Positions 12,179-22,565 of a DNA stretch of 64,000 nucleotides are shown here, one piece after another (position 1 is the first letter of the stretch; every line of letters starts with the position of its first letter). The notes beneath the pieces were generated by a model, which saw only the letters and a list, made by a program, of their open reading frames with translations, searched no databases and was not told the DNA's origin. The position numbers and the translations under genes are program-made. The stretch comes from an uncultured Planctomycetaceae bacterium (lineage in GTDB: Bacteria; Planctomycetota; Planctomycetia; Planctomycetales; Planctomycetaceae), in assembly GCA_963815195.1 (NCBI GenBank), contig CAWFGE010000017.1, positions 1-64,000 of the forward strand, given 5' to 3'.

Positions 12179-12360
12179 TCGCAGCGGGATTGTTCCGCGT
12201 TCGCGCCCAATGCTTTTAGCCGGGCGGTGCTTGCCGATTCCCGTGGTCTCCGCACGCTTTCGATGATGCGGGGAACCTCGGCGGGCCGATTTGACGAAAG
12301 AGCGGATTCCCTTCGCCGTCTCGGACAGGATGCCGATTGGTTTTTATCAAGAGGTTCATC

Positions 12361-13239
12361 ATGCATCGAGACAAAAAGATCGGGTTTGCGTTGGGGATTT
12401 TGCTGTTGGGGATCGTGGCGGCGTTTTTCTTTCGGAACGAACCGGACCCGTTTGCCGATCTTCCGCCCTTGGACGATCCCGCCGCTCTTGATAAAGAGAT
12501 CGCGGAAAAGCCGATTGCTCCCTATACCCAGGACCTGAAGTCGTCGCCCGATCCGGCAACATCCACGAAAATCCCAAACCAATGGGATCTGCCGGAACTC
12601 TATCGTCCGCCGAATGCGAACGTCACCGGCAACGAATTGCCCGCGGCTCCGGCGGCCCCCGCACCGATTAATCTTTCCGATCCGATTCCATCTCTCCCGG
12701 ACCCCGCGCGGACGCTGATCGAAGTCGGCAGCCCGTTTGGGCGATCTCGTCCGAGCATTCCCGAACCCAAGGTGGAGAAACCGCTGCCCGGCAACGAAGC
12801 CTGGACCAGCATTCCGGCGACGCCGTCAAAACCCAAGGAAAAGCCGGCGGCCGAACCTCCCAGGCAACCGGCCCCCGAAGTCGCCAAGACGACCAGCCCG
12901 CCCGCGCAGCCGCCCGCCGCCCCCGTTTCGATGTATAAGATCCGTCACGGGGACACGCTTTCCGAGCTGGCCGAAAAGCATTTGGGAACCAGCCGGCGGT
13001 ATATGGAGATTTACGAGGCCAATCGCGATCGGTTGAGGAATCCGAACGACATTAGAATCGGGATGATGATTCGCATTCCGCCGCGCGTGAAGTTCTCGGA
13101 CGGCTATTCCGCCCCGCAACCGCCGGAGTCCGATCCGCGCTCCTCGGCGAAGGAGCCGCCCCCGTTGCCCGAACCGCAAGACGAGGCGCCCTTGTTCACG
13201 CCGTTCTCGAGATTGCCGCTGACTCCCGGCCGGCGGTAA
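12361..13239 (+). CDS. LysM-domain membrane-anchored protein
   Basis: N-terminal TM, Pro-rich linker, YKIRHGDTLSELAEKHLG...IYEAN...IRIGMMIRIP. Confidence 0.9.
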   Translation: MHRDKKIGFALGILLLGIVAAFFFRNEPDPFADLPPLDDPAALDKEIAEKPIAPYTQDLKSSPDPATSTKIPNQWDLPELYRPPNANVTGNELPAAPAAPAPINLSDPIPSLPDPARTLIEVGSPFGRSRPSIPEPKVEKPLPGNEAWTSIPATPSKPKEKPAAEPPRQPAPEVAKTTSPPAQPPAAPVSMYKIRHGDTLSELAEKHLGTSRRYMEIYEANRDRLRNPNDIRIGMMIRIPPRVKFSDGYSAPQPPESDPRSSAKEPPPLPEPQDEAPLFTPFSRLPLTPGRR

Positions 13240-13256
13240 TGCACGCTTCGGTCGCA

Positions 13257-13309
13257 TTCACAGAATCATGGTTCACAAACTCATAAGTCTGTGAACCATG
13301 ATTTTGTAA
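13257..13309. repeat. Inverted repeat (hairpin) downstream of the LysM gene
   Basis: ACAGAATCATGGTTCACA / TGTGAACCATGATTTTGT. Confidence 0.6.
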
Positions 13310-13446
13310 TTCGCCATCGTCGAGATGCTTGGGGGACCGCTCCGTTAAGGAACGGGACGCGGTTCGCCGTCCCATTGTTCGCCCTCGACGGCGTGATGCG
13401 CCACGGTTATGATCGACGGATCACGAACAAGAACAAAGGGCAAAAC

Positions 13447-14384
13447 ATGGCATTGAATCGGCGGGAATGGTTGGCCTCGGCGGGGGTCTTGAGCGGGGCG
13501 GGGTTATTGGCGTCCAATGGGTTTGCCGCGGAGAAGGAAAAGACGCCCCCCTCGTTTCGTTATTGCCTCAACACGAGCACGATTCGCGGGCAGAAATTGG
13601 GGATCGTGCGGGAAGTCGAAATCGCCGCCCAAGCCGGCTACGACGCCATCGAGCCTTGGGTGCGGGATGTGGACGTTTATGTGGAGCAAGGCGGGTCGCT
13701 GCGGGATTTGCGGAACCGCATCCGCGATGCCGGGCTGACGGTGGAAAGCGCCATCGCATTTGCCCCGTGGATCGTGGACGATCCCGAAAAACGCAAACAG
13801 GGCCTCGAGCAAGCCACGCGGGACATGGACCGGCTCAAACAGATCGGCGGTCTTCGCATCGCGGCCCCGCCTACGGGTGCGACCAATCAAGCCAATCTCG
13901 ATCTGATGGAAGCCGCCCGGCGGTATCGCGCCTGTTGGAAGCGGGCGACAAAGTCGGCGTGGTGCCGCAGGTCGAGGTGTGGGGCTTCTCGAAGTCGCTG
14001 TCGCGGCTGGGGGAGTCGGCGTTTGTCGCGATCGAAAGCGGCCACCCGAAAGCCTGTTTGCTTCCGGACGTGTATCACATCTACAAGGGCGGATCGGATT
14101 TCGCGGGACTCATGTTGTTCGGCCCGCAGGGGATTCAGGTGTTTCATATCAACGATTACCCCGCCGACCCGCCCCGCGAGACGATTAGCGACAAACATCG
14201 CGTCTATCCGGGCGATGGCGTGGCTCCGCTCGACGAGATTTTCCAAGGGCTCGCGAAAATCGGATTCGCCGGCGTGCTTTCGTTGGAGTTGTTCAATCCG
14301 GTATACTGGAAGGAAGACGCCTTGAGCGTTGCGAAAACGGGCCTCGACAAGATGCGGGCGGCCGTGGCGAAAGCCTTCGCATAG
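13447..14384 (+). CDS. Tat-exported sugar phosphate isomerase/epimerase (xylose-isomerase-like TIM barrel), frameshift near 13932
   Basis: NRREWL Tat motif, [36 protein letters not shown] split over two frames. Confidence 0.85.
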
Positions 14385-14414
14385 ATTTGCATCCATTGTT
14401 TCAGGAAAGACAAT

Positions 14415-14550
14415 TTCGGTAGTTCCAAAAAGGCCTGAGCCGCGCACGACGTAAGCGGTTTTGCGTTGTCTGAGTCCCTGAAAGCCGCTTACTTCGTGCG
14501 CGGCTCTTGAAAACCAAACCAATTTCCTGAGCTTTTTTGGAAGTACTGAA
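14415..14550. repeat. Long palindromic intergenic element, family A copy 2
   Basis: GTAGTTCCAAAA..GAGCCGCGCACGACGTAAGCGG / CCGCTTACTTCGTGCGCGGCTC..TTTTGGAAGTAC. Confidence 0.85.
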
Positions 14551-14689
14551 TTTGCCATCAGGCGGGTGAATCGGGAAATGCGGCGGTAATGGGGAACTTT
14601 TGACCCCATTTTGCGTCTTACCAAACGAACTCCGGGCCGCGTACAATTTGGTGACGCCGCCCGGACGGATTTCCACAATAGGTTCCTTG

Positions 14690-16985
14690 ATGTCTGATCG
14701 CTCCGAAACGCACACCCCTTCGCCGGACGCCGCCCTGCGCAGCGCGGAGACGCCTGCCCCTCCTGGCGGAGAGGATCTGGACGCCCTTCCGGTGACGAAG
14801 ACGCAGGCGACCGCACCCGACAAAGCCGCTGTGCCGAATCGCCGGCCCGTTCAAAGACTGCCCACCCGTTTTGGGCGGTATCGACTGGTTCGGGAACTGG
14901 GCCGGGGCGGAATGGGGACGGTGGTGCTGGCGGTGGATACGCAGTTGGGCCGTCAGGTCGCGCTGAAGATTCCGTTTCTCAAGAAAAAGTCGGACACCCG
15001 GACGCTCAAACGCTTCGAGCGGGAAGCCAAGGCCGCCGCCGCGCTGTCGCACCCCAACATTTGCCCGGTTTATGATTTCGGCACGTTTCAGAACCTGCAC
15101 TTTCTTTCGATGGCCTATCTCGAAGGGCAGCCGCTGCAGGCGTTCTTGGACAGCGGCCATCGGATTCCGCAGCGCACGGCAGCGGCGATCATCCGCAAAA
15201 TCGCCGGGGCGCTTCGAGCACGCCCACGAGCGCGGGGTGATTCACCGGGATTTGAAGCCTTCAAACATCATGATGGAGCCCAACCTCGGCCCGGTCGTCA
15301 CGGATTTCGGGCTGGCCCGCTGCCTGGATGATGAGGGGGACGTGCAGTTGACGCAGGACGGCGTGGCCATCGGCACGCCGTCGTACATGTCGCCCGAACA
15401 ACTCGACGGCGAATCCGAACTGGGGCCGGCCAGCGACATTTTTTCCCTCGGGCTGATCTTTTTCGAGATGCTCACCGGCCGCCGGCGGTTTCAAGGCAAG
15501 GTGACCGGCATCATCGGCCAGATCCTGACGAAAGACCCCGCCCCGCTCCGCGAAATCCGCGAGGATGTGGACCCGTTGCTCGACGGGATCTGTCAAAAGA
15601 TGATGGCCCGGAAAGCCGCGGACCGCTACGGTTCGATGGCCGAGGTCGCGGATGTCATGCGGGCCTATCTCAAAGGGCAATTGGCCGAACCGAGCCGAGA
15701 GAACGTTCGGCCGGAGATGTCGTCCGACCCGGAAGTGTTTTTCGCCGAGTTATCAACGCGCGAGCAAAACCATTCGCCCGCCCTTTCGACACAGGGCGGC
15801 GCGGCGCTCGAAAACACCGAGGATGAATTCATTCCGTCCATCGTGATTTCCGACGAAGACTCGCAATCTTCGCACATCCTGCAAAAACACGCCCGCCCTC
15901 CGCTTTCCCGGAAGATGATCTTGTGGGGCGGATTGGGTTTGTTGTCTGCGGCGGGACTCGCGGGCTATTTCATCTCCGACGCGATTAACACAGACCTCCC
16001 CGCACAGGTCGCCGCGGAGCGGAAGCCGCCGTCGGAATCGCCTCAACGCCCCACGAAGAAAACGGCTTCGCAGAACTCCAACACCGTTTGGAACGCCGCT
16101 CCGAAAACGGCCCCCGATGCGATTACTTCGATCGAGAACCCGGAGACGGTGGTTTGGGAGTTCAGCCACGACCGGCCCGCGCCGCAAACTCCCGCGCGGC
16201 CGCCGAAAACCCCGGCCCCCGAATCCACGCCCTCCCCCAAGCCGCAGGCATCCCCGGCTTCCGCGCCGAAAGCCGCCTCGCCGCCGCCCGTCGAGATCAA
16301 GCCGGCCGAAGGGAAAATGGAATTTCACGCGCTCGTGGAGAAGACGATCAACGGCTTCCCGACGAAAAAGGACTTCAAAACGCCCCGGTTGGCTTTGACG
16401 GAAATCGTCAAACTCGACCGGCGGGAGCAGGACCGCGATAAAGCGCTCGAACAGGTGCGGGCGGTGATTGGACTCAATGGCAATGCGTTCGAGTTTTCGA
16501 ATGCCAGGCTCGCCCACGAAGCCGTGCTGGCACTCGAGGAGGGAATCCGTCAGAACATCCCGGTTGAGGATGTCCTGGCAAAATGGAAGTCTTTGAATGT
16601 TCCCAAAACTCCGCCCAAGATCACGCTGCCTCGCGAAGAAGTCGCGCGGATCGAAAAGGCGATCGGCGACCTGATTGCCACCAAGGTGCAGCCGTTCGTC
16701 AACGGGCTGAACCAGGGGTTGGGCATCAAGTCGCAGCGGGACGTTGACCTGGCCCAAGCCTACTTCGAGCAGGAATGCCGCAAACTGCCGGGCATTCCGG
16801 CGGAGTTTCCGCTGCCCAAACTCCGCGTCACGCTCACGCCGGCCGGATCGACCGACCCGGCCGCGGGCCAAACATTGGTCGGCGACAGCCAGCGCCTCCA
16901 AGATCAAACGCCGCGCGGCCGGCTCGTTAAACGGATCGCCGAGGCCTTAACCGCCGGCACACTCATCGCCGCCCCGAACGAGTAA
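14690..16985 (+). CDS. Hanks-type Ser/Thr protein kinase with TM and Pro-rich C-terminal region, frameshift near 15213
   Basis: LGRGGMG, VALK and HPNI in the first frame; HRDLKPSN, DFGLA, GTPSYMSPEQ and SDIFSLG in the second. Confidence 0.9.
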
Positions 16986-17081
16986 TCGCATCCATCAGCC
17001 GCCGGGCGCTGCGCCGGATCATTGGGAGAACCGGACGCCAGCCCTCTTCGGCTGATAATCGGACAGGTTTCTCGTGCAGTG

Positions 17082-18518
17082 CTAATGCGCCGGTGGCGGG
17101 CTGTTTTGGAAGGCCCGGCCGCGGTAGAGGAAGTCGATGATGTTGCCTTCGTGCGGCTGCAGCCAGTTGAGCTGGATCGTTTTCACCTCGCCGATGTTGA
17201 GGCGGTCGATGTTGGTGGCGTCCAAGAGCTGCCGGGAGAACGCCGGGTCTTCGGTGATCCCGCTGCACACCAGCGTGTAGCCGCATTTCTTGAGGAACTG
17301 ATCCTGCGGGCAATCGACGACCGACGCGAAGGGGAACATGAACTCGGTGTTCGCCATCGGATCGCCGGGATCGGTGACGTGCAGAATCGTGGGCCTTAGA
17401 TAATCGCAGCGCTCGTGCTGCACCAGGCGATCACCGCCGCGGTATTTCGCGGTGACTTCGGTGACGGCCGCGGATTTCACGCCGTCTTCGATCATGTTGT
17501 TCATGGCTTCCGCGGCACCGGGCAGCGTGAACGCCGCGAGGCCCGATTCCGGATCGGTCATCGGCTTCGGTTGGATGGGACCCAAGCGTTTCGCCAAGGC
17601 GTCGGCGATTTCCGCACCGTGCCGGGGCACCCAAATCCCGGAGCAGCTAATGCAGCTTCGGCCGCTGTTGACGTACACGCTGTCGGCCATCAGGTCGAGA
17701 TATTTTTCCCAGTCATCGACCTTGTCTTCACCCAAAACGACCTTGGAGAAGCCGGGGCCGTGGGCCTGGACTTTGGGGTTGCCGTGGTAGCGTTCCACGG
17801 TCGCGGTGCCGCCGAAGATCATCGCCCGGTCGCAGGATTCCAAAACGGCCGCCCCGACCTCGGCTTCGCCGGGATAGATCGACATGACTTCGCGCGGGAC
17901 GCCGGCTTGGGCGAAGGCTTCGTACATGCGGTAGGGAGTCCAGGGTTCCTGCGGGCCGGGCTTTAACACCAGACCGATTTGCAGCGGGATCACGGGCATC
18001 CACAGGGTATGCACGCCGGGCGAGTTGGAAGGCAGCACCCAGCCGCACACCGGGGCGTTGGCCTGATAGCTGACCATCACCCCGCGGTCTTCCACGCCGT
18101 AGCCGTTGCTCAAAATGTCCAAAGGCAGCCCGCGGGTGAGGGCATCGAGAATCTCGCCCATGTGGCTCAAGACGAAAGCGTTTTTGGACATGTTAAACCG
18201 GCACATATGCTCGGGCAGGCCGGTGGTGGCGGATTGCATGTTGCAGAACTCGTCGGGGCTCTGCGTGCCGTCGCCCAGAGGCAGCGTGCCGTGCTGATAA
18301 AGCTCGGCCGCCTTTTTGCACATTTCGATCAGGTCGCTGATCTTAAATTCGCGGAGGATATCGCGGGCTTTCTGGCCTTTCCGCATATCCATCTTCACGA
18401 TGCCGCCGTTGGCCTGATGCACGGTGGCCAAGGTCTCGCCCGTCTCAAAATGGACGACGTCCTTTTTCTCCATACTCTCATAGGGCTTGCCCCAACGAAT
18501 GGCGGGGATTTCTAACAT
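17082..18518 (-). CDS. Aldehyde dehydrogenase-superfamily protein (GriD/LuxC-like, probably acyl-reducing)
   Basis: LPSNSP, LKPG, IFGG, catalytic NSGRSC, EFMFP; HGPG in place of ELGG. Confidence 0.8.
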   Translation of the reverse strand: MLEIPAIRWGKPYESMEKKDVVHFETGETLATVHQANGGIVKMDMRKGQKARDILREFKISDLIEMCKKAAELYQHGTLPLGDGTQSPDEFCNMQSATTGLPEHMCRFNMSKNAFVLSHMGEILDALTRGLPLDILSNGYGVEDRGVMVSYQANAPVCGWVLPSNSPGVHTLWMPVIPLQIGLVLKPGPQEPWTPYRMYEAFAQAGVPREVMSIYPGEAEVGAAVLESCDRAMIFGGTATVERYHGNPKVQAHGPGFSKVVLGEDKVDDWEKYLDLMADSVYVNSGRSCISCSGIWVPRHGAEIADALAKRLGPIQPKPMTDPESGLAAFTLPGAAEAMNNMIEDGVKSAAVTEVTAKYRGGDRLVQHERCDYLRPTILHVTDPGDPMANTEFMFPFASVVDCPQDQFLKKCGYTLVCSGITEDPAFSRQLLDATNIDRLNIGEVKTIQLNWLQPHEGNIIDFLYRGRAFQNSPPPAH

Positions 18519-18547
18519 TGTAAGGGTTTCCTTTCAACTGTGACAGA

Positions 18548-18760
18548 TTTTAACGCAAAGGCGCAACAGGTTTTGATTTGAAAATGCATTTTAACGCAAA
18601 GGCGCAGAGAGAAGACGAAAAGAACGCAAAGAAAAAAACCAATTCAAATCATGTTGTTCAATTCACTCGTCATTTAATAGAGCATGGTATGCAATGGAAT
18701 TTCGCCGTTCAAAATCTTTGCGATCTTTTGCGTCTTCTCTTTGCACTCTTTGCGTTAAAA
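18548..18760. repeat. TTAA-terminated palindromic repeat unit (family B), left of the GxxExxY gene
   Basis: TTTTAACGCAAAGGCGCA arms at 18548 and 18589; inverted arm ending TTTGCGTTAAAA at 18760. Confidence 0.8.
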
Positions 18761-18776
18761 TCTGAAAGTGTAAAGT

Positions 18777-19169
18777 TCAAGGCAAATCGCTTATTCCATT
18801 GGCCACTCGGTGGATTCCGTCTCGGACGTATTTCTCTCCAAAGTTGATGACGAGGCCCAACTTTTTGTTGGTCGTGCGGAGTTGTGTTAAACATTGTGCG
18901 AGATAAATGGGACTGAATTGTTCGACCGCTTTGACCTCGACAACGACCAACGCCGCGACGAGCAAATCCAACCGGAACATCTTCTTCAATTGCCGGCCCT
19001 TGTAGAAGACTGGCACTTTGATTTGCCGTTCGTATGGAATGTTTCGGAGCGTCAATTCCGCACACAAGGCTTCCTCATAAATACTTTCGAGCAACCCCGG
19101 CCCGCCCAACTCCTTATGAACTTCGATCGCCGCTCCGATGATCTCGTGGCTGAGTTCGTTTTCGGTCAT
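18777..19169 (-). CDS. GxxExxY family protein (PD-(D/E)XK-like)
   Basis: IIGAAIEVHKELGGPGLLESIYEEAL, RLDLLV..VVEVKAV, YLAQ, GLVINFG. Confidence 0.92.
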   Translation of the reverse strand: MTENELSHEIIGAAIEVHKELGGPGLLESIYEEALCAELTLRNIPYERQIKVPVFYKGRQLKKMFRLDLLVAALVVVEVKAVEQFSPIYLAQCLTQLRTTNKKLGLVINFGEKYVRDGIHRVANGISDLP

Positions 19170-19197
19170 TGTCCGGATCCAATGAAGAGGAAACGCA

Positions 19198-19579
19198 TTT
19201 AACACAAAGAGTGCAACGAGAAGACCCAAAGGAACTAAGAGTGAACTGCCCATCCATCGATTTATATGCTACCTCCATTGATGAATTTGATGTTTAGCTC
19301 CACTCGTCGACCGCAGTATAGGTAAAGACGGCATGACACTTCCCACACTGCCATTGAGAAGGCAAAGGACGGCATGCGTTTGCTACCTGATCCCTTTGTC
19401 GCATCCGGCCGCCAGAGCCGGCTCGGCACCGGTATCCAATTATCCGGCCAAAAATCCACGCGCCGGAATGGGTCCCCCATAGAATTGGAATGATTGCCAA
19501 TTCCCACCAAGACATGGTGGCACCGCAACTGAAAATCCTTTGCGCTCTTTGCGCTTCTCTTCGCGCCTTTGCGTTAAAA
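19198..19579. repeat. Family B repeat unit right of GxxExxY, enclosing about 300 bp of unrelated sequence
   Basis: Arm TTTAACACAAAGAGTGCAACGAGAAGAC at 19198; inverted arm CTTTGCGC..CTTTGCGTTAAAA at 19538-19579. Confidence 0.75.
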
Positions 19580-19592
19580 CCTTCGCACCAAA

Positions 19593-20690
19593 TTAATACA
19601 CCCCCACAGTCGTCGTTTTGGCGAATTCGTGGAAGGGGCGGACGCCGCTGACGCCGTCCCAGGGGAATTTTTCGTGGGGCTTTTCGCGTTCGCCTTCGTC
19701 GCGTTCCAAAAAGCCGGGGATGAACAGTTCCTGGGTCAACGTGTAGAGCTTCACCCGGCCGGTTTCGCCGTAATCGACGACTTGGGTTTGGTCGTCGAAA
19801 CTGACGACTTCAATCGCCGCCCGCGGTTGGGGGGCGTAGTAGGTGATCTTGTAGTTGTCCGCCGGGTCGAACGGCTTGCCGCAGGCGAGGCCCATCAGCG
19901 TGTTGCCGTACGTCGGGGTGATGTACACGTTCGGCCCCAAGAGTTCCTCCCTCGCGAAGCGATACCACTGAGGCGTGAACTCGGTGCCGCCGCAGAAGAT
20001 GCCTTTGATCCCGGCTTCCTCGATGCTCGAGCCGTTGTCGATCAGCCGCATGGCGAGAGCTTCGAGCAGCTTGGGCGTCGTGAACATGCACTGGATATTG
20101 TGGCCCGCGGAGAGGACCGTCATCGCCTGGTCGATCACGTGGTCGCTGTATTCCTTGACCTCGGCGATTTTGCCTTTCTTAAGCAATTTCACCACCCAGC
20201 GGGGATCGAGGTCGACGCAGAAGGAAATCCCGCCGCGGTATTGGGCCAGGTGCTCGACAGCGAGCCGGAGCCGGCGCGGACCCGAGGGGCCGAGCATCAG
20301 CCAGTCGCTGCCTTTGGGGAAGGATTCTTCGGGCAGGGTGTCCGAGAACATCTCGTAATCGATGCGAAAATCGTCGGCCACGAGGCGGGACTTGGGGATC
20401 CCCGTCGTGCCGCCGGTCTCGAAGACGTAAAGCCCTTTGCCTTCGAGTCCCTTGGGCAGCCACCGCCTGACCGGGCCGCCTCTGAGCCATTCATCCTCGA
20501 ACAGCGGGAACTTTTTGAGGTCGTCGAAGCAGTTCACGTCTTCGAGTGGATTGAAATCGTAGGTCTTGGCTTTTTCCAGCCAGAACGGGCAGCCGGTTTC
20601 CGGGCTGAAATGCCACTTCACCATGTCCCGCGTATGGGCGTCGAGTTTTTTCTTGGCGGCCCGGGCGAGTGCGTCGATGTTGTCTGTCAC
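19593..20690 (-). CDS. EhpF/GriC-like adenylating (ANL-superfamily) protein
   Basis: WHFSPETGCPFWL, FETGGTTG.PK P-loop, DLDPRWV, TTP, GGTE, YGNT, ERD and terminal GVY; GTG start with GGAG RBS. Confidence 0.75.
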   Translation of the reverse strand: MTDNIDALARAAKKKLDAHTRDMVKWHFSPETGCPFWLEKAKTYDFNPLEDVNCFDDLKKFPLFEDEWLRGGPVRRWLPKGLEGKGLYVFETGGTTGIPKSRLVADDFRIDYEMFSDTLPEESFPKGSDWLMLGPSGPRRLRLAVEHLAQYRGGISFCVDLDPRWVVKLLKKGKIAEVKEYSDHVIDQAMTVLSAGHNIQCMFTTPKLLEALAMRLIDNGSSIEEAGIKGIFCGGTEFTPQWYRFAREELLGPNVYITPTYGNTLMGLACGKPFDPADNYKITYYAPQPRAAIEVVSFDDQTQVVDYGETGRVKLYTLTQELFIPGFLERDEGEREKPHEKFPWDGVSGVRPFHEFAKTTTVGVY

Positions 20691-20942
20691 GTTTCGCTCC
20701 ACTGGATTGCAAAGCACTAGGGAAAGGGTGTCCGCCTGTTGAGGCGAAGAATTCTTCGAGGAAGGAACACTGCCGCCCCAGTCCCGGGGGAAAGGGCGGA
20801 AGTCGGGTTGGATCGTTGGGGCGGGAACCGGACGGGGCTTCGGGGGATCAACCGTTTCTTCACCACGCATCAAAAATTTCCCGCTTCATCTTAGACAATC
20901 GCCCCGGCTTTTCAATCCAGCGGGAATTTTGGAAGCCCATTC

Positions 20943-21000
20943 GTGGCGGCGGCTTCCAGCCGCCCACGTCGAATTTCGGCGGCAAGATGCCGCCGCTACG
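20943..21000. repeat. REP-like palindrome downstream of the oxidoreductase gene
   Basis: CGTGGCGGCGGCTTCCAGCCGCC / GGCGGCAAGATGCCGCCGCTACG. Confidence 0.6.
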
Positions 21001-21090
21001 GAGGGGGCTTGGAGTCGCCAAAACAAGGCGGCACAGACCAGCATGTCTGTGCCACCTTTTATTCGTATCTGTCAGACGGATTCGGGTCTG

Positions 21091-22428
21091 TCAGACCTTG
21101 ACGATTTCGTAGCCTTTGCGGCGCTGGCGGGAGAAGAACGACGCGGCCAGTTCGTCGCCGACGATTTGCTCGGACTTCGGATCCCATTTGATGACTCGGC
21201 CCAGGCGGGCGGCGATGGCGGAGAGATGGCAGGTGGCCATCGTCTGCACGTGGGAAAACGCGTCCGAAACCGGCAGACCGCCTTCGGCGATGCAGCGGTA
21301 GAAGTTGTTCTTATGGCCTTCAAAGGGCTTGCCTTTGTAGAGCCTCACCACGTCTTGGTCGGTGAACTCGTCTTTGTCCCAGTTCTCTTCGATGGGCGTG
21401 CCGGTGATTTTGCCGCGGTTGACGAAGATGCGGCCCTTGCTGCCGTCAAAGGTGATCCCGTTGTCGCCCCGGCTGGTGACATCCATGACGATGCCGTTTT
21501 CATACCGGCACTTCACGGAGAAGTCGTGGGACGTGTTGTAACAGTCATCGACGACAGCATAGCCATCTTTGTACTCGACGGGATGATGGGCGTCGGTGCC
21601 GTCGATTTCCACCGGCCCCTGGCCTTCGCCGAGCTGGTCGATCGCCCAGGAGGCGATGTCCACGTGATGGGCGCCCCAGTCGGTGAACTTGCCGCCGGAG
21701 TATTCGTACCACCAGCGGAATTCGTAATGGCAGCGTTTTTTGCGGTAATCGACTTTGGGGGCCTGGCCGAGCCACATTTCCCAATTGAGATATTCGGGCA
21801 CCGGCTCGACGGGGAACGGCCCGCCCTTGGGGCCGCCGTTGATGCCCACGGTGATCGTCTTAATGTCGCCCAGAAGTCCCTTTTGCACCATATTAACGGC
21901 CCGCAAGAACTTGTCGCGGGTGCTTCTCTGCTGGGTGCCGACGAAGAACACCTGGTCCTTGTGCTTTTTGCAGGCATTGCGGATCAGCTGATTTTCTTCG
22001 AGCGTCAAGGTCAAGGGTTTTTGACAGAAGACATGCTTGCCGGCTTCAAGGGCTTCGATGGCGATCTTGACGTGCCAATGGTCCGGGGTGACGACGCTGA
22101 CGACGTCGATGTCGTTCCGGTCGAGCACCTTGCGGTAATCGCCGTAGGCGTCGGCTTTGCCTTTGCCGATCCGCGGATGCTGCTTGGCCCGCTCCGCATG
22201 ATGCTCGTCCACGTCGCAGACGGCGAGAACGTCACCGAACCCCGCGTGCTGCTGGGCGTCGCCCGTGCCCATGCTGCCCACGCCGATGCACCCAATCCGC
22301 GGCCGATCGTTCGGGGCCAAATTCGCAAAGGCCTTTTGGCTCCAGGGGAAATAAGGCAGCGAGCCCGCGGCGGCGGCGAGCGTCGTCGTTTTGAGAAAAT
22401 CGCGTCGGGTGGTCGTGGGTTTCGACAT
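21091..22428 (-). CDS. Tat-exported Gfo/Idh/MocA oxidoreductase
   Basis: TRRDFLK, IGVGSMG, TPDHWH, CQKP, GTQQRS, DWGAHHVD. Confidence 0.93.
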   Translation of the reverse strand: MSKPTTTRRDFLKTTTLAAAAGSLPYFPWSQKAFANLAPNDRPRIGCIGVGSMGTGDAQQHAGFGDVLAVCDVDEHHAERAKQHPRIGKGKADAYGDYRKVLDRNDIDVVSVVTPDHWHVKIAIEALEAGKHVFCQKPLTLTLEENQLIRNACKKHKDQVFFVGTQQRSTRDKFLRAVNMVQKGLLGDIKTITVGINGGPKGGPFPVEPVPEYLNWEMWLGQAPKVDYRKKRCHYEFRWWYEYSGGKFTDWGAHHVDIASWAIDQLGEGQGPVEIDGTDAHHPVEYKDGYAVVDDCYNTSHDFSVKCRYENGIVMDVTSRGDNGITFDGSKGRIFVNRGKITGTPIEENWDKDEFTDQDVVRLYKGKPFEGHKNNFYRCIAEGGLPVSDAFSHVQTMATCHLSAIAARLGRVIKWDPKSEQIVGDELAASFFSRQRRKGYEIVKV

Positions 22429-22565
22429 GGCGGTTCTTTCCTGGAAAGGAGACTGCGATTCATTCACCGGAAGCGAATCAATCGGGGACACAAAGAGTCG
22501 GGGAAATTTCCTGGTAAGAAAGAAATGATAGGCCCAATCCCGAGAACATTCCAGTTCGCGGCGAG

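Noticed and set aside
13900..15250. Programmed ribosomal frameshifting in the isomerase and kinase genes
   Set aside because: No slippery heptamers at the shift sites, and similar shifts are scattered across many unrelated genes
18548..19579. Possible CRISPR array or integron attC cassettes
   Set aside because: Arms are inverted and irregularly spaced; no cas or integrase gene and no clear attC core sites
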